Assembly: GCA_029262475.1 (NCBI GenBank)
Contig: JAJCZG010000122.1
Coordinates: forward strand, 31,789 to 95,788
Origin: Deltaproteobacteria bacterium
GTDB lineage: Bacteria; Desulfobacterota; GWC2-55-46; JAJCZF01
Reading direction: 5' to 3'
DNA length: 64,000 bases
The notes under the pieces: generated by a model
The model's input: only the letters and a program-made list of their open reading frames with translations
Database searches by the model: none
Told to the model about the DNA's origin: nothing
Made by a program: the position numbers and the translations under genes
Shown: one piece after another, positions 1 to 9,653 of the stretch
How positions within the stretch are numbered: the stretch's first letter is position 1
Layout of the letters: the number at the start of each line of letters is the position of its first letter

Positions 1-390
1 GCCGTTAGTGAGCGCCATGAGTCGCTTAATCTCAGGGAAGAAAAGATTCGCGAGGAGGAGGAACGTTTGGCGGCACTTAGAAAAGATATTGACGATAAGC
101 TTCTAAACCTTACGGAGGCGACAAGTAAACTGGAGAAGATATTAGAGGCGGTCGGTACGGTTGACAGGGAGCGCATCCTCGGGCTTGCCAAGCTCTACGA
201 GAATATGCCACCGGAGGAAGCGGCCAAAACCATAGAAAAGGTTGAACGCGAGCTTGCCGTTTTGATAATTCGCTCGATGAGCAAGAGGAAATCGGGAAAG
301 ATGATGGGTTTTGTGGACGACAGAAAGGCGGCCCGGCTTTCAGAGGGTTTAGGAGACAGGGTTTTACCCGAAAAGGATATTACCAGATGA
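1..390 (+). CDS. 5'-truncated flagellar operon protein with an MgtE-N/FliG-like domain (MotE/FlbB/YlxF-like), located between fliJ and fliK. The reading frame is open to the window start; the ORF track begins at the TTG at 67.
   Basis: Frame 1 is open from nt 1. The 'LYENMPPEEAAKTIEKV' segment resembles the MgtE-N-like domain of FlbB/MotE proteins. Its position directly upstream of fliK matches Bacillus-type fla operons (ylxF). Confidence 0.45.
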   Translation, partial: AVSERHESLNLREEKIREEEERLAALRKDIDDKLLNLTEATSKLEKILEAVGTVDRERILGLAKLYENMPPEEAAKTIEKVERELAVLIIRSMSKRKSGKMMGFVDDRKAARLSEGLGDRVLPEKDITR

Positions 391-2687
391 GACCAGAGAC
401 ATTTATGATAATGAGTGGCCCGGCGATAAAAGAAGCCGTTAGCGGGAAAGCCGTCTCTTCTGCCTCGACAGACTCCTCTGCCGACCCCGCAGCTCTATTA
501 GAGGAGAAGAATAGTTTTCATAATCAGCTCCTTACGACCCTTTCTATAAATGAAACGCGCGAGGGAACTGCTATTGACCCGAGCGATGCGGATCTACCTC
601 AAGAGGGTACGAAGCTCTCAGTACTTAATGAATCGACAAACGGAGAGCTCTCCGAAGTTAACTCTTTTGATCTTCACTCCCCTTCACATAACTCTATGGA
701 GGGGCTCACCCTTGAAACCGATGATAGTGTTATTAAGCCCGGCGGGACCGTTCTTCAGAGAGACGATACTGCTTTAGATTATTTGAAAACGACTACAGGC
801 AAAACCCTACCGGCGGAGCCCGCAAAAGGCCCTCCCGGAACCCGCGCTTCAGACCTTCCCTCCCGCGCCACTGAGGGAAGCGAGACTGGGAACTCCGTGG
901 AGGGCATTTCTACCACCGGGGAGACGCCCCCGGTGGTAGGTTCTTCTCTAAATATTACCCCTGAGACCCGGCCCGGTGAAGAGGTTCAGGAGATTTCCGA
1001 CGGATTATCAGGACAAAGTTCCGGTGCGTTTGATGGGAGAGAGGATCTCTTAACTGAAAGCCCCATCCCCAGCGCCGATATTTCAGGGTATCTTCAGCAA
1101 TCTAATGACGACGCAGTGGTGGAGACAACAGAAGAGTTTGAAGATTTAGGAGAGCATCTTCAAGTAAAAAAAGAGAGTGGCGACGCTCACCCGGTGGAGT
1201 CTCATAATAGACCGGATTTATTTAGCACGGAAGCTCAGAGTGTAGAGTTGCCTGCCGAGCTTAATAAAGAAGCAGATAACGATAAATCTGCTCCACTCCA
1301 AAACAGCTTACAGTCAGCCTCCACTGATGACGATACGGTCGAAGGTGAGCAAACGGTTAAGGCTAACCCTTCGGAGTATGAAGTCGAGGCGAAACCACTT
1401 GCCGATACCGCACTTACCGAAGCTGATAGAACTTTAATTGCGCAGGGCGAGACAGATGAGCTTATCGCTAAAAACATTACTGATACAGATAGAATCTCTA
1501 CAAAAAGAGTTGTCTCAGGTGACGAATCAAAGGCTGAAACGAATACCGCCAGGAGGATTACCGGCAGTAGTATTGGCGAAGAGATTCAAGGAGAGGCCGA
1601 TGGGGCTACTTTTAACGAAGCCTCTCAGGGTGAGGGAGCACCGGATAAGAGCTCTCCTGAAGATTTGATCTCGGCAAGAAAACCCGAAAGCCACTCTAGC
1701 GACATGGAGACAGGTGGTCGGCTTGAAGGAAACCCTGCGGAATTTAAGGTCGCCAAAGATTACGGAGAAGAGCAAAAGCCCCTACCCTCCGTTAAGAACT
1801 CAGGGACGGATATAAGTAAGGACTCTCAAGTTATATCAGGTGAGGTGAGAAGTTCTAACGGAGTGGAAGTCGTTAAAGAGCGCCCTCACTCAAGTACCGA
1901 GAGTAAGACGGTCACAGATGAGACCCATATAGATGAGACCCTCGAAGCGCAAGAGGGAGAGGGTAACTACGGCGAGACAAGGGATTCTAGCGACGACTCG
2001 ATGGATGAGGCACTCCAAGACGATTTTAAGGAGATGGAAGCGAATGCACCTAAACCCGCCCTTGACAGCGATATCGACTCTCTCTTAACCGAGACGCTTA
2101 AAGGTAAGGACGGAAAGGGTTTAATGGGCGCAGCCACTGCCATCCATTCGGAAGAAGTGCCGGCCGCAGCTCCAGACGCCGGTAAGGTTACGACAAGAAC
2201 ACTCTTCGCTGCCCCACAGGGTGTTGCTCGCCACCAGGGGGCTTATATCTCAAAATCCCTTGAGAGCTTTTTTGTGAAGGGTGTGGCTGCAAGGGTTTCA
2301 GTGGCGTTTACCGAAAATATCGGCAAGGCTACGATAACCCTTAATCCGCCGGAGCTTGGGCGGCTCAAGGTAGAGATGTCTCTTCAGGATAACGTTATGC
2401 AGGCGACCTTCAGGGCGGAGAATCTTAATGTTAAAGAAGCGCTTGAAAAAAATATCGACCTGCTAAAGGCCGCACTCATAGAGCAGGGGATGAAGGTAGA
2501 CGAGCTTAACGTCTCACTCGATGATAATTACCGTGAGAGGGACGGAAGATTTACAGGCGAATCGTCAGGGCGTCAAGGCAGAGGCAAAGGAGATGTGAAA
2601 GGAGAAGTTAGCTTCAACAGAGATGGAGGGACGGAGGATCAGCTTTACTACTCCGCAGAAGAGCCTGGAGTGGATGTGTTTATCTAG
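387..2687 (+). CDS. fliK: Flagellar hook-length control protein FliK: a long acidic Ser/Thr/Glu-rich N-region plus a conserved C-terminal Flg_hook domain.
   Basis: The C-terminus (LNPPELGRLKVEMSLQDNVMQATFRAENLNVKEALEKNIDLLKAALIEQG) is a typical FliK C-terminal domain. The long low-complexity acidic linker and the position before flgD-flgE also fit. Confidence 0.8.
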   Translation: MRPETFMIMSGPAIKEAVSGKAVSSASTDSSADPAALLEEKNSFHNQLLTTLSINETREGTAIDPSDADLPQEGTKLSVLNESTNGELSEVNSFDLHSPSHNSMEGLTLETDDSVIKPGGTVLQRDDTALDYLKTTTGKTLPAEPAKGPPGTRASDLPSRATEGSETGNSVEGISTTGETPPVVGSSLNITPETRPGEEVQEISDGLSGQSSGAFDGREDLLTESPIPSADISGYLQQSNDDAVVETTEEFEDLGEHLQVKKESGDAHPVESHNRPDLFSTEAQSVELPAELNKEADNDKSAPLQNSLQSASTDDDTVEGEQTVKANPSEYEVEAKPLADTALTEADRTLIAQGETDELIAKNITDTDRISTKRVVSGDESKAETNTARRITGSSIGEEIQGEADGATFNEASQGEGAPDKSSPEDLISARKPESHSSDMETGGRLEGNPAEFKVAKDYGEEQKPLPSVKNSGTDISKDSQVISGEVRSSNGVEVVKERPHSSTESKTVTDETHIDETLEAQEGEGNYGETRDSSDDSMDEALQDDFKEMEANAPKPALDSDIDSLLTETLKGKDGKGLMGAATAIHSEEVPAAAPDAGKVTTRTLFAAPQGVARHQGAYISKSLESFFVKGVAARVSVAFTENIGKATITLNPPELGRLKVEMSLQDNVMQATFRAENLNVKEALEKNIDLLKAALIEQGMKVDELNVSLDDNYRERDGRFTGESSGRQGRGKGDVKGEVSFNRDGGTEDQLYYSAEEPGVDVFI

Positions 2688-2717
2688 CAAACGATCTGTG
2701 TTTACTTATGATGGAAG

Positions 2718-3395
2718 GTGATGAGTGAGATGGAAGCCAATATTTTGAACCCGCTGGATTCGATGTCTTCGATTCCGGAGAGTAATTTAGTGAAGAAGGA
2801 GATGGGCAAAGAAGAGTTTTTGAAACTTCTTAGCATACAATTGCAGCACCAGGACCCCTTGAACCCGGTTGAAAATAGTGAGTTTATTGCCCAGTTGGCG
2901 CAGTTCAGTTCACTTGAAGGCATTACTAATATGAGCACTAGCATGGACTCCATGAGTGAAAATATAACTAGGATGAATAACCTGAACGCGGCATCTCTGA
3001 TCGGAAAGGGCGTCAAGATACCCGGAAACGCTCTTGAGCTTGGAGCGAGCGGCACGGCCCCCATCGAATACGAACTTACGAAGGACGCGGCCAGGGTCAC
3101 CGTCTCGGTCTTTAACGAGAGTGGAGTTCTGATGGGTAATTATGACACGGGCAGCGTAAATGCCGGTAAAAACACTTTTACATGGAACGGCAAGGATTCT
3201 TCGGGTAGTGCAGCACCTGTGGGTTCATACACCTTCTCAGTAGCAGCCGTCGACAAAGACGGCTCTCCCGTAAGTGCGAAGACGTTGATGCTCAGTGCTG
3301 TAGAAGGGGTCGTCTACGAAGGGGATAAACCGTATCTCATGGTAGCCGGCAAGAAAGTCGAGATAAGTAGTCTTCAGGAAATATGGGGACGTTAG
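2718..3395 (+). CDS. flgD: Flagellar hook assembly/capping protein FlgD
   Basis: The N-terminal 'FLKLLSIQLQHQDPLNPVENSEFIAQLAQFSSLEGITNM' is a hallmark FlgD motif. The gene precedes flgE. The start is ambiguous (GTG 2718, ATG 2721 or ATG 2730). Confidence 0.9.
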   Translation: MMSEMEANILNPLDSMSSIPESNLVKKEMGKEEFLKLLSIQLQHQDPLNPVENSEFIAQLAQFSSLEGITNMSTSMDSMSENITRMNNLNAASLIGKGVKIPGNALELGASGTAPIEYELTKDAARVTVSVFNESGVLMGNYDTGSVNAGKNTFTWNGKDSSGSAAPVGSYTFSVAAVDKDGSPVSAKTLMLSAVEGVVYEGDKPYLMVAGKKVEISSLQEIWGR

Positions 3396-3428
3396 TAGTA
3401 GTAATCTATCCAAGGAAGGAGCTTAAAA

Positions 3429-5093
3429 ATGTTATCATCACTCTTCTCAGGGACGAGCGGAATGAAGACGAATATGAATACAATGTCTGTAATAGGCAAT
3501 AACCTTGCAAATATGAATACCATAGGGTTCAAGTCTAGCAGGGTTGCCTTCGCTGACCTTATGAGCCAGAATATAAGCGGGCTCTCAGGTCAGAATCAGG
3601 TTGGGCTAGGTGTCCAGATGAGCGACGTATCCACTATATTCACCCAGGGTGCTATGGAGTCTACTTCAAATACTATGGATCTCGCGATAGATGGAGATGG
3701 GCTATTTATTGTAAAGAACTCGCAGGGCACTGATAATTACACAAGGGCCGGGCAGTTCAGCTTCGATAACTCCGGTTATATGGTGAACCCGGGGTCTAAT
3801 GTCGTCAGGGGTTTTCTCGCGGACTCCAAAGGTATAATCGGCACGGCACTTGCGGATATAAAAATTGACTTTTCATCCGTCCCTCCTACTGCTACGACGG
3901 ATATTGATATGGTTGCCAACCTTAATTCCAACGCCGACGTTACGGGATTTGTCTTTAAGACTGGTGTTAACGACCAGATTAAGTTTACCTCGGATATGGG
4001 TGGAACTCCGACCGCTGTTACAGCCAGCCTGATTACCGACGACGGTCTTGTAAGCGGCGAAGCCTATACCGGAGATGAGGTAGCGGTTGCGATGAAAAGC
4101 GCATTGGAGGCTAAGGATCCCGGTGGTAATAAGTTCTCAGTATCTTATGTCCGTTCCACAGGGCTATTTACCGTTACAAACGATGCCAGTAATACCCAGA
4201 GCGTTAGACTTGACTGGGACACCTCGCTTAGCTCTTCGACACTTGGCTTTAACGCCGTAGCCTCAGGCACGATAGCTCCGGGTGGGAGCGATGTAAGTGA
4301 TACGATGGCCGGTGCTTTTGACGTAACCAAGCCAATTGAAACTTCAAACTTTTCATCTGCAATAAATGTATTTGATTCACTCGGCAAGTCGCACCAGGTA
4401 TCGGTCTACTTCAGGAAGAGCGGCACCAGCGCCACAGGCAATACCTGGCAGTGGAAGGCCGTTGTTGACGGCGCCGACTCCAATACGGGAAATACCGAAA
4501 TTCAGTCGGAGGGAACCCTTAAATTCACAACGGCGGGCGCTCTGAATTCTGAGAGCACCATATCCTACCTCCTCACCTCCGGTGGTTTTGACTTCTCCGG
4601 CGGTCCGACGCAGGGGCAAACAATAGCCTTTGACTTCGGAGATTCCATTACCGAGGGTTCGGACGGGCTAGCCGGGCTTACGCAGTACGGACAGTCGTCA
4701 GCCGTATACAGCCAGAATCAGGACGGCAGCCCCGTAGGCACCTTCCAGAGGAGTTATATAAACCAAGAAGGCATATTGCAGGGTGTATACTCGAACGGCG
4801 ACACCAAGGCGCTCGCCCAGATAGCCCTTGCTAAATTCACAAACAATACCGGCCTCATAAAGGAGGGTGGCAATCTATTCGCCGAGACCGCTGAATCAGG
4901 GGCCCCTATCGTAAGTGTCCCCGGTACAGGCTCCGTAGGGACGATTCACTCAAGCTCTCTTGAACTCTCGACTGTTGATATTGCCGAAGAGTTCGTAAAG
5001 ATGATAACCGCGCAGAGGGGCTTTCAGGCCAGTTCTAGGATCATTACCACGACCGACGAACTGCTTACCGAGCTTGTTAACCTGAAGCGTTAA
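3429..5093 (+). CDS. flgE: Flagellar hook protein FlgE
   Basis: N-terminus: MLSSLFSGTSGMKTNMNTMSVIGNNLANMNTIGFKSSRVAF. C-terminus: ITAQRGFQASSRIITTTDELLTELVNLKR. A GGAAGGAG ribosome-binding site lies upstream. Confidence 0.92.
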   Translation: MLSSLFSGTSGMKTNMNTMSVIGNNLANMNTIGFKSSRVAFADLMSQNISGLSGQNQVGLGVQMSDVSTIFTQGAMESTSNTMDLAIDGDGLFIVKNSQGTDNYTRAGQFSFDNSGYMVNPGSNVVRGFLADSKGIIGTALADIKIDFSSVPPTATTDIDMVANLNSNADVTGFVFKTGVNDQIKFTSDMGGTPTAVTASLITDDGLVSGEAYTGDEVAVAMKSALEAKDPGGNKFSVSYVRSTGLFTVTNDASNTQSVRLDWDTSLSSSTLGFNAVASGTIAPGGSDVSDTMAGAFDVTKPIETSNFSSAINVFDSLGKSHQVSVYFRKSGTSATGNTWQWKAVVDGADSNTGNTEIQSEGTLKFTTAGALNSESTISYLLTSGGFDFSGGPTQGQTIAFDFGDSITEGSDGLAGLTQYGQSSAVYSQNQDGSPVGTFQRSYINQEGILQGVYSNGDTKALAQIALAKFTNNTGLIKEGGNLFAETAESGAPIVSVPGTGSVGTIHSSSLELSTVDIAEEFVKMITAQRGFQASSRIITTTDELLTELVNLKR

Positions 5094-5166
5094 TAGTATT
5101 ATAGTCTTATCCGTAAAAAGAAAAAAATACTACTCCCATAGTAATTTCTTCTTATGGATAACCACC

Positions 5167-5208
5167 GGTGAGGAGAGGGCGTGGTGGCCTTCTCCTCACC
5201 ACTTTTTT
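5167..5208 (+). terminator. Rho-independent terminator after flgE
   Basis: Perfect 10-bp stem GGTGAGGAGA/TCTCCTCACC with a G-rich loop, followed by ACTTTTTTG. Confidence 0.7.
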
Positions 5209-5334
5209 GCCCTCGTCACTATTATGACATTCACCTTGCCGATTCGACAGGATTACGTCGCGGTCACCCGAAGCTCTACCCTCGTTTTTTCCTAACCCCT
5301 CGTTTCAATTAGACAACTTTCATACTCTTTTCTT

Positions 5335-5350
5335 TGGCATAGTAGTTGCT
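5335..5350 (+). promoter_or_regulatory. Sigma54 (RpoN) -24/-12 promoter upstream of fliL: TGGCAT-N5-TTGCT
   Basis: TTTGGCATAGTAGTTGCTTTT matches the TGGCAC-N5-TTGCW consensus with exact GG/GC spacing, about 110 nt upstream of the fliL start. Confidence 0.6.
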
Positions 5351-5461
5351 TTTATAGTCGTTCGATTGGAGAAGGGCCTTCATGCCGTCTTCTCCGTGCG
5401 CTATAAATTAAGCATATCTATACATATATTCAGAGAATATTCTACCAGAAAGGGATCAGTG

Positions 5462-5965
5462 ATGGCTGAAGAAGAGAAAGAAGAGGTCCAAGAGGCTGAA
5501 GAACCGAAGAAATCCAAGAAAAAACTCATTATTATCATAGTAGTAGCCCTTCTCGTACTTGGTGGAGGAGGTGCCGGGGTCTATTTCTTTCTCTTGAAGG
5601 GCAATCCTCCTGCAGAGGAGGAAGGGGTCGAGGGTGAAGAGGGGGCGGAGGAAGAAGCCTCAGCGAGTATAGAGGTCGTTGCTCTTGAACCGTTTATAGT
5701 TAACCTCATGAATAGCGCCGGGAACAGATACCTGAAGATTACAATCAACCTGGAACTGTCGGCTGCCGTTAAGGCGGAGATGGAGACGAAGAAGGCCCAG
5801 ATACGGGACTCCATAATAATACTTCTGAGCAGTAAGGATTACTCGGATATAAGCTCTGTTCCGGGGAAATATCAGTTAAGGGACGAGGTTGGGGCGCGAG
5901 TAAACCTCATTTTGACGGAGGGTAAGATCAAATCCGTCTACTTTACGGAGTTCGTGATTCAGTAA
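5462..5965 (+). CDS. fliL: Flagellar basal-body-associated protein FliL. The true start is the internal ATG at 5462; the ORF track's upstream extension from 5366 is unlikely.
   Basis: N-terminal charged region, then a single TM helix (LIIIIVVALLVLGGGGAGVYFFLL) and a FliL C-domain (FIVNLMNSAGNRYLKITINLELS...). The ribosome-binding site AAAGGGA lies before ATG 5462. Confidence 0.85.
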   Translation: MAEEEKEEVQEAEEPKKSKKKLIIIIVVALLVLGGGGAGVYFFLLKGNPPAEEEGVEGEEGAEEEASASIEVVALEPFIVNLMNSAGNRYLKITINLELSAAVKAEMETKKAQIRDSIIILLSSKDYSDISSVPGKYQLRDEVGARVNLILTEGKIKSVYFTEFVIQ

Positions 5966-6016
5966 CGGTGTGCCGTAAAGGCGCTTAACGAGTAACAGAT
6001 ATCAACAAGGAAAGAT

Positions 6017-7009
6017 ATGGCAGAGAAGGTTTTAAGTCAAGATGAAGTAGACGCTCTGATGAAAGGCGTCAGTACCGGTGATGTTGAGACGGAGACTGAT
6101 AGCGCAGATGAGCAGGGTGAGGGGAGCGAGCAATACGACCTGGTAACCAGCAAGGAACGTGTTGTAAGGGGCAAGCTCCCGACCCTTGAGATAATAAACG
6201 AGCAATTTTGCCGTAACTTCAGGCTCTCACTCTTTAACCTCGTCAGGAAGGTCGCGGATGTGACCGTCGAGGGGGTGACGATGATGAAGTACGCAGATTA
6301 TATAAGCGGAATAGCGTTACCGGCAAGCTTCAATGTCTTTCAGATATCTCCCTTGAGGGGGGTCTCACTCCTTGTTGTCGAGTCGAACCTGATCTTCATA
6401 ATACTCGATAACTACTTCGGTGGAACCGGAAGGGAGCTGGCGAGGGTCGAGGGCAGGGAGTTCACCGTCTTTGAGCAACGGGTTATAAGGAAGATAACGG
6501 ATCGTGTCTTTACGGATATGCAGATTTCATGGAAGCCGATATTTCCGCTGGAATTCATCTACAACCGCTCCGAGATGAGCCCTCAGTTTGTAAATGTCGT
6601 CGTGCCTACGGAGATAGTAGTCATCTCGACATTTCTAATTGAGATAGAGGGTCGCTCAGCTATGATGAGCATGTGTATCCCTTACTCCAGCATGGAGCCG
6701 ATAAAGGACAAACTTTACGCAACCTACCAGAGCGACTCCATGGATGTCGACAACAGGTGGTCCGATATGATGGAACACGAGGTCAGAAAGAGCGAGCTTA
6801 CTTTATCAGCGGTGATTGGCCGCTCAACGCTTTCAATAGAAGAGCTTCTTAATCTCGATAAGGGAGATATCATAATGCTTGACAGCAAGACCGGCGACCC
6901 TGCTTTGGTAAACCTGGAAGGCACCTTGAAGTTTACAGGCGCGCCGGGGCTCTCTGGAAATAGTTACGCAGTAAAGATACTTGAGATGATTGAAAAGGAA
7001 GGGGACTGA
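6017..7009 (+). CDS. fliM: Flagellar motor switch protein FliM
   Basis: N-terminal LSQDEVDALMKG is a CheY-P binding motif. The length and FliM middle-domain features fit, and fliN follows. Confidence 0.9.
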   Translation: MAEKVLSQDEVDALMKGVSTGDVETETDSADEQGEGSEQYDLVTSKERVVRGKLPTLEIINEQFCRNFRLSLFNLVRKVADVTVEGVTMMKYADYISGIALPASFNVFQISPLRGVSLLVVESNLIFIILDNYFGGTGRELARVEGREFTVFEQRVIRKITDRVFTDMQISWKPIFPLEFIYNRSEMSPQFVNVVVPTEIVVISTFLIEIEGRSAMMSMCIPYSSMEPIKDKLYATYQSDSMDVDNRWSDMMEHEVRKSELTLSAVIGRSTLSIEELLNLDKGDIIMLDSKTGDPALVNLEGTLKFTGAPGLSGNSYAVKILEMIEKEGD

Positions 7010-7013
7010 AACC

Positions 7014-7397
7014 ATGGCTGAAGAAGAAAATAAAGAAACGACCAAGGAAGAAGTAGCAGAAGATACAAAGACTACGGAGGCGGCTCCAGCTACCTTTGAC
7101 GCAGTAGAGGATAGCGCCGACCCGGATGATATAGACGATAAGATTTCGAGGATACTGGATATCCCCATTACCGTCTCTGTAGAGGTTGGCAGGGTAAGGA
7201 TGCTCATTAACGATCTCCTCCAGCTCGGGCACGGCTCGGTGATCGAATTAGATAAATCTGCCGGAGAGCCGATGGAAGTGCTCGTAAACGACAGGCTCGT
7301 GGCCAAGGGAGAGGTCGTGGCCATAAACGATAAGTTCGGTATAAGGCTAACGGATATCGTAAGCCCGGTCGAGAGGATCAAACAATTAAAGAAGTAA
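7014..7397 (+). CDS. fliN: Flagellar motor switch protein FliN (SpoA domain). The start is chosen at ATG 7014, after the GGAAGGGGA ribosome-binding site.
   Basis: The C-terminal 'ILDIPITVSVEVGRVRMLINDLLQLGHGSVIELDKSAGEPMEVLVNDRLVAKGEVVAI' is a classic FliN/SpoA domain. Confidence 0.9.
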   Translation: MAEEENKETTKEEVAEDTKTTEAAPATFDAVEDSADPDDIDDKISRILDIPITVSVEVGRVRMLINDLLQLGHGSVIELDKSAGEPMEVLVNDRLVAKGEVVAINDKFGIRLTDIVSPVERIKQLKK

Positions 7398-7444
7398 ATT
7401 CGAGGGCTGCGTGAGCGGCGTTTCGTTAAGGATGGATACGAGTT

Positions 7445-7849
7445 ATGGTTGAGATAATCGAAAAGTTTGCCGGAGCCTTACTGCTGGTAATCCCACTTAT
7501 CTGGCTGGTTATATGGTTCTACTCAAAGCAGTCGGGGCTTTCTTCGAAGAGCGGGAAGGGGCTGATGAAGGTCATGACCAACCTGCCGCTTGGCCCCAAG
7601 AAGGCTATAAGTGTCGTTAGTATTGGCGGCGAGTATCTCGTCCTTGGCATAACGAATGAACAGATATCCTACCTTACCAAGATAGAGGATAAAGATATAG
7701 TGAATAAGCTTGAGAGTAGTATGGACTCAGACGAGGAACATGGTTTTAGAAAGTTTTTAGGCGGCCTGAATAAACCAGGTGCGATTAATTTTGCCGGTAA
7801 ATTCAGGTTAAAGAAGAAGGACAGGAGAAGTGAAGACCTTGAGCTTTAA
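7445..7849 (+). CDS. fliO: Flagellar biosynthesis protein FliO
   Basis: Small single-TM protein (LLLVIPLIWLVIWFY) immediately upstream of, and overlapping, fliP. Confidence 0.7.
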   Translation: MVEIIEKFAGALLLVIPLIWLVIWFYSKQSGLSSKSGKGLMKVMTNLPLGPKKAISVVSIGGEYLVLGITNEQISYLTKIEDKDIVNKLESSMDSDEEHGFRKFLGGLNKPGAINFAGKFRLKKKDRRSEDLEL

Positions 7850-8588
7850 GAAGATATTCTTCATAGCGGCACTTTTAATCCTGACGCCTCTTGGCGCGCT
7901 GGCGGCAAACGACCCGCTGGCTCTCCCGGAGATGAGCATCAAGGTCGGAGGAGGAGGAGGGCTCTCAACGACGATTCAGATAATGCTCGTCATGACGCTC
8001 CTTACGCTGGTGCCTGCGATTGTGCTCATGATGACCTCCTTTACGAGGTTTGTCATAGTCTTTTCTCTCTTAAGGCACGCGATGGGCTTGCAGCAGACCC
8101 CGCCGAATCAAGTGCTCCTTGGTATCGCCCTTTTTATGACAATATTTGTTATGTCCCCGGTGCTCAATAACGCATACACCAATGCCGTTTCGCCTTACCT
8201 CGCCGATGAGATTGGAGAGACAGAGGCTTTTAATAAGGGGATTACGCCGTTTAGGAGTTTTATGCTCGCCAATGTCGGAGACTCCGAGCTTTCGCTCTTC
8301 ATGGAGATGAGTGAAACAAAAGGGGTGGATAGTTATGAAGATGTTCCGACCAGTGTGCTTATCCCTGCCTTTATCACGAGCGAATTAAAGAGCGCTTTCC
8401 AGGTGGGTTTTGTAATATTTATACCCTTCCTTGTGATAGACATGGTCGTGGCGAGCGTACTCATGAGCATGGGTATGTTCATGTTGCCGCCGGTTATGAT
8501 AAGCCTGCCCTTTAAGCTTATGATATTCGTTCTTGTTGACGGCTGGGGGCTGCTAATAGGTTCTATGGTGGAGAGTTTCAAACTATGA
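7830..8588 (+). CDS. fliP: Flagellar export apparatus protein FliP
   Basis: Signal peptide, then TIQIMLVMTLLTLVPAIVLMMTSFTRFVIVFSLLRHAMGLQQTPPNQVL (a FliP signature). Confidence 0.95.
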   Translation: MKTLSFKKIFFIAALLILTPLGALAANDPLALPEMSIKVGGGGGLSTTIQIMLVMTLLTLVPAIVLMMTSFTRFVIVFSLLRHAMGLQQTPPNQVLLGIALFMTIFVMSPVLNNAYTNAVSPYLADEIGETEAFNKGITPFRSFMLANVGDSELSLFMEMSETKGVDSYEDVPTSVLIPAFITSELKSAFQVGFVIFIPFLVIDMVVASVLMSMGMFMLPPVMISLPFKLMIFVLVDGWGLLIGSMVESFKL

Positions 8589-8857
8589 CTCAGGAGATGA
8601 TAATTTCACTTGCTTACGAGGCAATAAAGGTGCTCCTTCTGGTGAGCCTTCCTGTTCTCTCGGTTGCGCTCTTCGTTGGACTTGCCGTTAGTCTTTTTCA
8701 GGCCGTAACCCAGCTCCAGGAGATGACACTTACGTTTATACCGAAGATACTCGCGATGTTTGCGGTCCTTATCTTCCTCTTTCCGTGGATGCTTAATATG
8801 ATGCTCGACTTTACGCGTAATATTTTAACGAGCCTTCCAATGTATGTGGGATCATAA
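8585..8857 (+). CDS. fliQ: Flagellar export apparatus protein FliQ
   Basis: 90-aa two-TM protein between fliP and fliR, with overlapping start and stop codons. Confidence 0.85.
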   Translation: MTQEMIISLAYEAIKVLLLVSLPVLSVALFVGLAVSLFQAVTQLQEMTLTFIPKILAMFAVLIFLFPWMLNMMLDFTRNILTSLPMYVGS

Positions 8858-8859
8858 TT

Positions 8860-9633
8860 ATGTTATTTGAGGCGTTAAATAATATTGAGACATTCTTCTT
8901 CGTCTTTATAAGGATTCTGGCGATATTCCTGCTAATCCCTTTTATCGGTGGCCGCTCGGTGCCGATGCAGCTTAAGCTTGGTATTGTTTTAGTTATAGCC
9001 ATGATAGTGACGCCTACTATACCAATGACTGTGGAGATGCCGCAGAGCTTAGTCGGGCTGGTGGTAGGGGTAGTACGGGAGGTGCTCATAGGGGTGGTGC
9101 TCGGGCTTGTGGTGAATTTCGTCTTTGCCAGCTTCGAAGTGGCAGGGCAGCTTGCAGGCATACAGATGGGTTTCTCGATGGCCAATGTCATCGACCCTCA
9201 GACGAGTGGATCACTCTCCGTCATCGCGCAGTTCTATAATTTCCTTGGTATCTTTCTCTTCTTTACCCTAAATATCCATCTCGTATTCTTTGCGGGGCTA
9301 AAGGAGAGTTTTACTGTAATACCGCCTTACGGATTCACAATCTCCGAGAGTCTATACGACGGGATACTCTCAATGAGCTTCGATGTCTTTAAAGTCGGCC
9401 TTAAGCTTGCCGCCCCTATATCTATCGCCGTGCTCCTTGCGAACCTTGGCATGGGCATCATTGCGAGGACTGTTCCGCAGCTAAATATCTTTGTAGTGGG
9501 CTTCCCGGTGACGATCACTCTGGGGCTTATAATACTGGCCTTTTCGCTGCCTTTCCTCGTTTCGACGATAAGCGAAGTCTTCTCGGGGCTCTCGGGTAAT
9601 ATTATAGGTATTGTAAGGTTCGCTAATGGCTAG
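8860..9633 (+). CDS. fliR: Flagellar export apparatus protein FliR
   Basis: 257-aa polytopic membrane protein after fliQ and before flhB. Confidence 0.85.
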   Translation: MLFEALNNIETFFFVFIRILAIFLLIPFIGGRSVPMQLKLGIVLVIAMIVTPTIPMTVEMPQSLVGLVVGVVREVLIGVVLGLVVNFVFASFEVAGQLAGIQMGFSMANVIDPQTSGSLSVIAQFYNFLGIFLFFTLNIHLVFFAGLKESFTVIPPYGFTISESLYDGILSMSFDVFKVGLKLAAPISIAVLLANLGMGIIARTVPQLNIFVVGFPVTITLGLIILAFSLPFLVSTISEVFSGLSGNIIGIVRFANG

Positions 9634-9653
9634 AGTTATGTGGAGTATTAGTT

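Noticed and set aside
550-777. Alternative-frame + strand ORFs inside genes (550-777, 1438-1668, 17964-18173, 24501-24719, 26651-26866, 29399-29626, 36681-36866, 41592-41819, 41945-42223, 42557-42772, 47957-48382, 54675-54881, 62165-62356, 62771-62980)
   Set aside because: They are out-of-frame overlaps of confidently identified genes, with Arg/Ser/Pro-rich translations.
5366-5461. Upstream extension of the fliL ORF (MEKGLHAVFSVRYKLSISIHIFREYSTRKGSV)
   Set aside because: The extension overlaps the sigma54 promoter region and lacks a ribosome-binding site. ATG 5462 has a good ribosome-binding site and gives a canonical FliL N-terminus.
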